Positions 59,122 to 64,000 of a stretch of 64,000 bases of DNA are shown piece after piece. Source of the stretch: a virus (taxonomy: Duplodnaviria; Caudoviricetes); IMG/VR virus record IMGVR_UViG_3300037067_005321, positions 32,001 through 96,000 of that record; one strand, 5' to 3'. Numbering within the stretch: the first letter of the stretch is position 1; each line of letters starts with the position of its first letter. Position numbers and translations under genes: made by a program. A model generated the notes under the pieces. It made no database searches and was not told the origin of the DNA. It saw only the letters and a list, made by a program, of their open reading frames with translations.

Positions 59122-59598
59122 ATGATTTCAAACAGAGACAATATAATAGATTCAAGAGATATAATAGCTAAATTTGAAGATTTAGAAATAGAAAGAGAGG
59201 ATATAATATCTAAACTTGATGAAGCTAAAGAAGAATTGAGAGATACTAATAAAACTGACCCTGAAAATGAAGAAAAAGTACAGGAATTAGATAATATAAT
59301 AGCAGACACTGAGAGAGAATTAGAAAATTGGGAATATGATTATTTAGATGAATATAACTCTTTAAAAAGTTTAATTGAAGAAGCTTCTGATTCTCCAGAT
59401 TGGTTTTATGGTGAAACTTTAATAAAAGACAGCTATTTTGAAACATATGCTCAAGAATTTGCTGAAGATATTGGTGCAATAGAAAAAAGTAGTCAATGGC
59501 CTAATTATTGTATAGATTGGGAATGGGCAGCTAAAGAATTACAAATAGATTATTTTACTGTTAACTTTGATGGTGAAACTTATTGGATAAGAGGATAA
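59122..59598 (+). CDS. Acidic ArdA-like antirestriction/DNA-mimic protein
   Basis: Very acidic; YAQEFAED...IDWE..A.EL..DY resembles the ArdA C-terminal domain. Confidence 0.5.
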   Translation: MISNRDNIIDSRDIIAKFEDLEIEREDIISKLDEAKEELRDTNKTDPENEEKVQELDNIIADTERELENWEYDYLDEYNSLKSLIEEASDSPDWFYGETLIKDSYFETYAQEFAEDIGAIEKSSQWPNYCIDWEWAAKELQIDYFTVNFDGETYWIRG

Positions 59599-59614
59599 TA
59601 AAAGAAGGTGAAAT

Positions 59615-59965
59615 ATGAAAACTAAAACTGAAAATAAAGAAGAAATACAAAGATTTAAATATTTTTACAGATCAATTGTTAATGATTATGATGAATATGG
59701 TGCTGCATTATTAGGAACTCTTCAGTTTAGTGCTGGAAGTCTCTCGTATGAGACATACTCCAAAAAAGGAAAATTCACATTGTTAAATGATGTCTTATAT
59801 TTTGAAGGCCATCGTCGATCCTTTAATGGAGTGATATCTTCTGAAAGTAGTTCTTTCACTCCATTTACAGGACGTTGGAAAATAATAGAAACGTCACGTC
59901 CAGATTTACAGATTAATGAATTTAATTCAGAAAATACTGATATAAATGCAGTGTGTGTGAATTAA
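59615..59965 (+). CDS. Hypothetical ORF overlapping a highly structured segment
   Basis: RBS present; codon usage changes after codon 29. Confidence 0.4.
   Translation: MKTKTENKEEIQRFKYFYRSIVNDYDEYGAALLGTLQFSAGSLSYETYSKKGKFTLLNDVLYFEGHRRSFNGVISSESSSFTPFTGRWKIIETSRPDLQINEFNSENTDINAVCVN
59701..59953 (+). ncRNA. Candidate ~250-nt multi-stem RNA
   Basis: Closing TGCTGCATT/AATGCAGTG; internal stems including 10-bp AATGGAGTGA/TCACTCCATT. Confidence 0.35.
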
Positions 59966-60309
59966 CATGGAATATATATCCATAAATGAAGAAAATACTT
60001 TTATTGAAATACCATGCCAATGTTGTGGTACTAAAATAAAAGTACCAATAAACTTTTTTAGTTGTTCTAAGGAGTATTAAATATGTTAAATAAAGAATAC
60101 TTATGTGATGAGAATTGTGTTTACTGCCCAATTATAAATCATCCTAATAGCAGAATGATTACTAGAATACTAAATCTGATACAAGATAAGTTTGGTAATG
60201 GTGTTTATGATATAGTTGAAAACTATTGCCCTAATCTAACCTGCTGCTATGATTGTCACATAGATGATTTTTGTCATATTAAAGATTGTAAGATAACAAA
60301 GGATATAAA

Positions 60310-60816
60310 ATGAAAAAACTAATATTTATAATATTACTTATTTTACTTCCAGTAAATGTATATGCTTTTGATTTTTATGTTTTTGGTATTAATATGAAGT
60401 GGATTAAAAATGCAGAACCAAAAGATTATGGAATGATGATATTGGGTGGAGTTACTAATTTTTTAGTGCATGAGTCTGGACATTATCTATCTTCTAAAAT
60501 AGAAGGTGTAGATGTTGATTTTAATGGAACTAATTTTATTATGAATAATGCTTCTAAAAAAGAAGCAAGAAATATTGCAAGGGCAGGATATATGCTTGAT
60601 TCTATTGTTGGATTAAGTTTAACTACTTTTGCGAAGGATTCTTATTTTACAAAAGGATATACACTTACTCATTCAATAGGATTAACAACTTATAATATTA
60701 GAAATAAGAAATATAATGATTTTAAAACTATACAGGAAAACGGTGGCAATGAAGACGCCTTCTTTTATGGAATATCTGCTATTTCAACACATAATCTTTT
60801 AAGACAGGAGTGGTAA
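60310..60816 (+). CDS. Exported/membrane zincin-motif protein
   Basis: Signal MKKLIFIILLILLPVNVYA; LVHESGHY; IARAG. Confidence 0.6.
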   Translation: MKKLIFIILLILLPVNVYAFDFYVFGINMKWIKNAEPKDYGMMILGGVTNFLVHESGHYLSSKIEGVDVDFNGTNFIMNNASKKEARNIARAGYMLDSIVGLSLTTFAKDSYFTKGYTLTHSIGLTTYNIRNKKYNDFKTIQENGGNEDAFFYGISAISTHNLLRQEW

Positions 60817-61005
60817 TATGAAAAGGCCAAATATAGAAGAATTAGAAAAAATATGTGCAAATTTTAAAAATGAACATACTTTGGAGCCTAGATATCTAAT
60901 TAATATAATAGATATTTTATTATCATATATAAAATCTTTAGAAGAAGAAAATAAATCTCTTGAAGAAATAGTCAATATGATTGAAAAATTGATAGGATTA
61001 GCTAA

Positions 61006-61953
61006 ATGACACAAGAACAAGACATGGCAATTAAGAATTGTATACTTAAAATTCATACTGGCAGTTATCTATATGGCACTAACACGCCAGAATCTGATGA
61101 AGATTATATAGGAATTTTTATACCTGATCCAATATATCTACTTGGAATTAAACATATTGAACAAGTAGATTTATCAACTAAATCTAAAGATGAATCTGGT
61201 AAAAATACTAATGAAGCAAATGATACAGTATTTTATACTTTAGAAAAGTTTGTACGGTTAGCACTTGATAATAATCCCAACATTCTTGAAGTATTATTTG
61301 TTAATCCAGAAAATATACTATATTATAATGAAATAGGTAAGCAATTACTTTCACTTAGACCACATTTTCTGGCAAAAGGAGCAATAAAACAAAAATATCT
61401 TAGTTTTGCATTCTCTCAAAAACAAAAGATGATAATGAAAGTTGAAAATTATGATAAACTTACTGAACTTCTTTCTACTCTAAAAGAAAACACAATATCA
61501 TGTACATTTCTTAATGAGATTGACTCTCCACTTTTTGAAAGAAAAGGACAGGAAATAATACTATCTGATATTACTTTACCAGCTAATTCACCAATTAAAA
61601 AAGCTATTAAAGTAATTGAAAAAAGAGTAAATAGATATGGTAGTAGAACTATATTAATGACAAAATATGGAATGGACACAAAATTTGCATCCAACTTAAT
61701 AAGACTTCTATATGAAGGATTAGAATTATTAGAATTTGGTGAATTAAGATTTCCATTAGTTGAAGCAGATACTATATTAGAAATTAAACAAGGTAAATGG
61801 AAATTAGAACAAGTACTTGAATTAGCGGAAGATTTAGAAAAGATGGTAGAACAGGCATATGATAATACTTTTCTTCCAACACACCCAAATAGAAAATTAA
61901 TAGAAGATTGGCTTTTTAATATTTATAAACAACAAATAATAAAGGAGAAATAA
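61006..61953 (+). CDS. Pol-beta superfamily nucleotidyltransferase (RlaP/YcgL-like)
   Basis: GSYLYGTNTPESD.D..GIF, NNPNILE.LF, K.A..LIRLL. Confidence 0.82.
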   Translation: MTQEQDMAIKNCILKIHTGSYLYGTNTPESDEDYIGIFIPDPIYLLGIKHIEQVDLSTKSKDESGKNTNEANDTVFYTLEKFVRLALDNNPNILEVLFVNPENILYYNEIGKQLLSLRPHFLAKGAIKQKYLSFAFSQKQKMIMKVENYDKLTELLSTLKENTISCTFLNEIDSPLFERKGQEIILSDITLPANSPIKKAIKVIEKRVNRYGSRTILMTKYGMDTKFASNLIRLLYEGLELLEFGELRFPLVEADTILEIKQGKWKLEQVLELAEDLEKMVEQAYDNTFLPTHPNRKLIEDWLFNIYKQQIIKEK

Positions 61954-61959
61954 AAATAA

Positions 61960-63402
61960 TTGAAACTTCCTAAAGGATTTAATCTAAAAGTACCAGTTAA
62001 ATTTGAATTTCAATTAGAAACTATTATTAATGGAATAGTAAATCCTAATCATGCACTTTTGTTACATATGGGGCTTGGTAAAACATATTGTGCAATAAAT
62101 ATAGCTAGATACAACATACAATTTAATAAAGTTAATAAAGTATTAGTTGTAGCTCCTGCCACTCTACTTATAAATTGGAGAGAGGCGATACATAGTTTCT
62201 CTGAGTATAAAGCTATAGTATTGCATGGTACATCCAGAACTGAACGTAGAGCTAAAATAAACAAATTTATAAATAAGAACTATCATTTTGGTATAATTAA
62301 TTATGAAGCATTAAAACTATATTTTGATGATATAAGAGCGATAAATTATCAACATATAATATTTGATGAATCAGCCAGATATATAAAAAGTATAGGTGCA
62401 GACAGAACAAAGGCTGCAATCATGCTAGCCGATAAAGCAGAATATCATAATATACTTACTGGAACTTTATTCTCAAATAATCCATTAAGTGTATGGTCAC
62501 AATTTCGTGTATTAGATAAAGGTAAAACTTTTGGAACTAATTTTTATGCATTTAGAAATACTTGGTTTACTAAACAAGATTTTGGTTTATACACAAAATA
62601 TACATTAAAACAAAATGTATATAATGTATTTAGAAGTAAGATAGAGAGTATGAGTACAATAAAGACTAGAAAAGAACTTAATTTAAATGAGCCTTTATTT
62701 AGTAAAATAGTGTTAGAACCATCTGATGATTTTTATAAAGAATATGATAAATTATCTCACAGTATTGAAACAGAAATTTCTACAATGAGCGGTAATATAA
62801 CTCTTAATATTAATAATATGCTAACAAAGTTAATGAAGTTACAACAATTCACTTCTGGAATAATGATTGATAATGATAGAAAAGAGCATATATTAAAATG
62901 GAGAGATAAACTAGATGCTGTATTAGAATATGTGGAAACTGTTATTGATAATGGAGAAAGTATTGTTATAGTTACAAGATTTAGAAAGTCTAATGAAAGG
63001 ATATGTGAAGAATTAAAAAAGAAAAATATTAAATATTTATCTATGATCGGTGGTGGTAAAGATAATAAAACAGTATGGAAAGAATATCAAAGAAGTAAAG
63101 ATATACCAGTATTTGTAGTTCAAATTGAAAGTGGGGGTATAGGTATTGAGTTGTTCAAGATAGATTCAACAGCTAAATTTCAGCATATGGCATTCATGGA
63201 AAATCACCCATCATTAGATTTTCGTGAACAAGTTATGCCTCGAATTGATAGAATAGGGCAACTAAGTACTTGTATTTTCACAGATTTTGTTGTAAAGAAT
63301 ACATATGATACCAAACTACTAAAAGCATTAATAGAGAAGAAAAAGATATCTGATATAATTTTAAATGACGGGGTTAAGACTCTGTTAGCAAAGGAGGATT
63401 AG
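61960..63402 (+). CDS. SNF2-family helicase/ATPase
   Basis: MGLGKT, VVAP, INYE, IFDES, LTGT, RIDRIGQ. Confidence 0.88.
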   Translation: MKLPKGFNLKVPVKFEFQLETIINGIVNPNHALLLHMGLGKTYCAINIARYNIQFNKVNKVLVVAPATLLINWREAIHSFSEYKAIVLHGTSRTERRAKINKFINKNYHFGIINYEALKLYFDDIRAINYQHIIFDESARYIKSIGADRTKAAIMLADKAEYHNILTGTLFSNNPLSVWSQFRVLDKGKTFGTNFYAFRNTWFTKQDFGLYTKYTLKQNVYNVFRSKIESMSTIKTRKELNLNEPLFSKIVLEPSDDFYKEYDKLSHSIETEISTMSGNITLNINNMLTKLMKLQQFTSGIMIDNDRKEHILKWRDKLDAVLEYVETVIDNGESIVIVTRFRKSNERICEELKKKNIKYLSMIGGGKDNKTVWKEYQRSKDIPVFVVQIESGGIGIELFKIDSTAKFQHMAFMENHPSLDFREQVMPRIDRIGQLSTCIFTDFVVKNTYDTKLLKALIEKKKISDIILNDGVKTLLAKED

Positions 63403-63403
63403 A

Positions 63404-63946
63404 TTGACAATAGAAGAAACTAAAAATAGAAGATCTAATAGAATGATAATACTGGCAAAGGAAAAAGGCTATAAAGTATTAGATAATTGTGGTGGGTTGT
63501 TGGGACTTAAAGGTGAACCTATAAAACTTACTCCGAATAAATGGGGATATCCAACATTTAAGATGCGTGATGGAGATTATACAGGTAGAGTTCCTTTGCA
63601 TAGATTTGTAGCTTATTGCTTATATGGAGATGAATTATTTACTGATGGATTAGAAGTAAGACACCTAAATGGCAATAAATTAGATTATAGTTTTACTAAT
63701 ATAAAATTAGGAACTAAATCTGAAAATGAAATGGATAAACCAGCAGAGGAAAGAACTAAGAATGCCAGAAATGCAGCAAGCAAAACTAGAAAATTCACAG
63801 ATAAGGAGATGGAGGAAATAAGATATAAAAGAGAAGATGGATATTCTATAGAAGATTTGATGGAGGAATATGATGTAGCAAAAGGAACATTACAATATAT
63901 ATTAAGAACAGAGTATAAGACTACAAAGGAGAATAATAATGGCTAA
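63404..63946 (+). CDS. HNH endonuclease with C-terminal HTH
   Basis: LHRFVA, VRHLNGNKLD....N...GT..EN. Confidence 0.8.
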   Translation: MTIEETKNRRSNRMIILAKEKGYKVLDNCGGLLGLKGEPIKLTPNKWGYPTFKMRDGDYTGRVPLHRFVAYCLYGDELFTDGLEVRHLNGNKLDYSFTNIKLGTKSENEMDKPAEERTKNARNAASKTRKFTDKEMEEIRYKREDGYSIEDLMEEYDVAKGTLQYILRTEYKTTKENNNG

Positions 63947-64000
63947 ATATCAAATAAAACTTTTAAAAAAGAATGGATGGATTGTAGAGTGTGAAGCTCC

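Noticed and set aside
59701-59953. Group I intron, RNase P RNA or tmRNA identity
   Set aside because: Could not find the P7/J8-7 consensus, the GAGGAAAGUCC core or tRNA-like ends; kept only as an unassigned structured candidate.
1-64000. Stop-codon reassignment, tRNA genes, integrase
   Set aside because: Core genes are intact in the standard code and all three stops are used; no cloverleaf with T-loop consensus or recombinase motifs noticed by eye.

Overview
64 kb of an AT-rich tailed dsDNA phage genome (Caudoviricetes), probably infecting a Gram-negative anaerobe (inferred from the B12-radical SAM, GT9 heptosyltransferases and lipoprotein/Sec signals). There are two divergent arms that switch at about 39.1-39.6 kb. 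Minus arm (1-39064), in transcription order: small accessory genes, sigma/HTH-like regulator, small and large terminase, portal, scaffold, decoration and Mu-like major capsid proteins, five signal-peptide-bearing fibre/decoration-like genes, a lysis module, a 13-kb island of glycosyltransferases, methyltransferases, radical-SAM enzymes and a sugar aminotransferase, then the head-tail adaptor, closure and tail-completion genes. Three free-standing endonuclease genes are interspersed. Plus arm (39621-64000): early genes, including many small ORFs, a CCA-adding enzyme, RtcB, a RlaP-like nucleotidyltransferase, an AAA/vWA-peptidase module, an ArdA-like protein, an SNF2 helicase and an HNH nuclease. 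Most notable signals: (1) a possible virion/surface glycosylation system coupled with Sec-exported virion-like proteins and Ala-Ser/Thr-rich capsid proteins; (2) structured leader RNAs whose loops are complementary to the ribosome-binding sites of the mobile endonuclease genes; (3) unannotated non-coding motifs (a 16-bp-spacer promoter family, a 16-bp-phased CTATAY array, nut-like duplicated leaders, two candidate structured RNAs) and an alanyl-tRNA synthetase mini-fragment. No tRNA, rRNA, CRISPR array, integrase or reverse transcriptase was recognised. All functional calls come from motif recognition by eye; no database searches were run.
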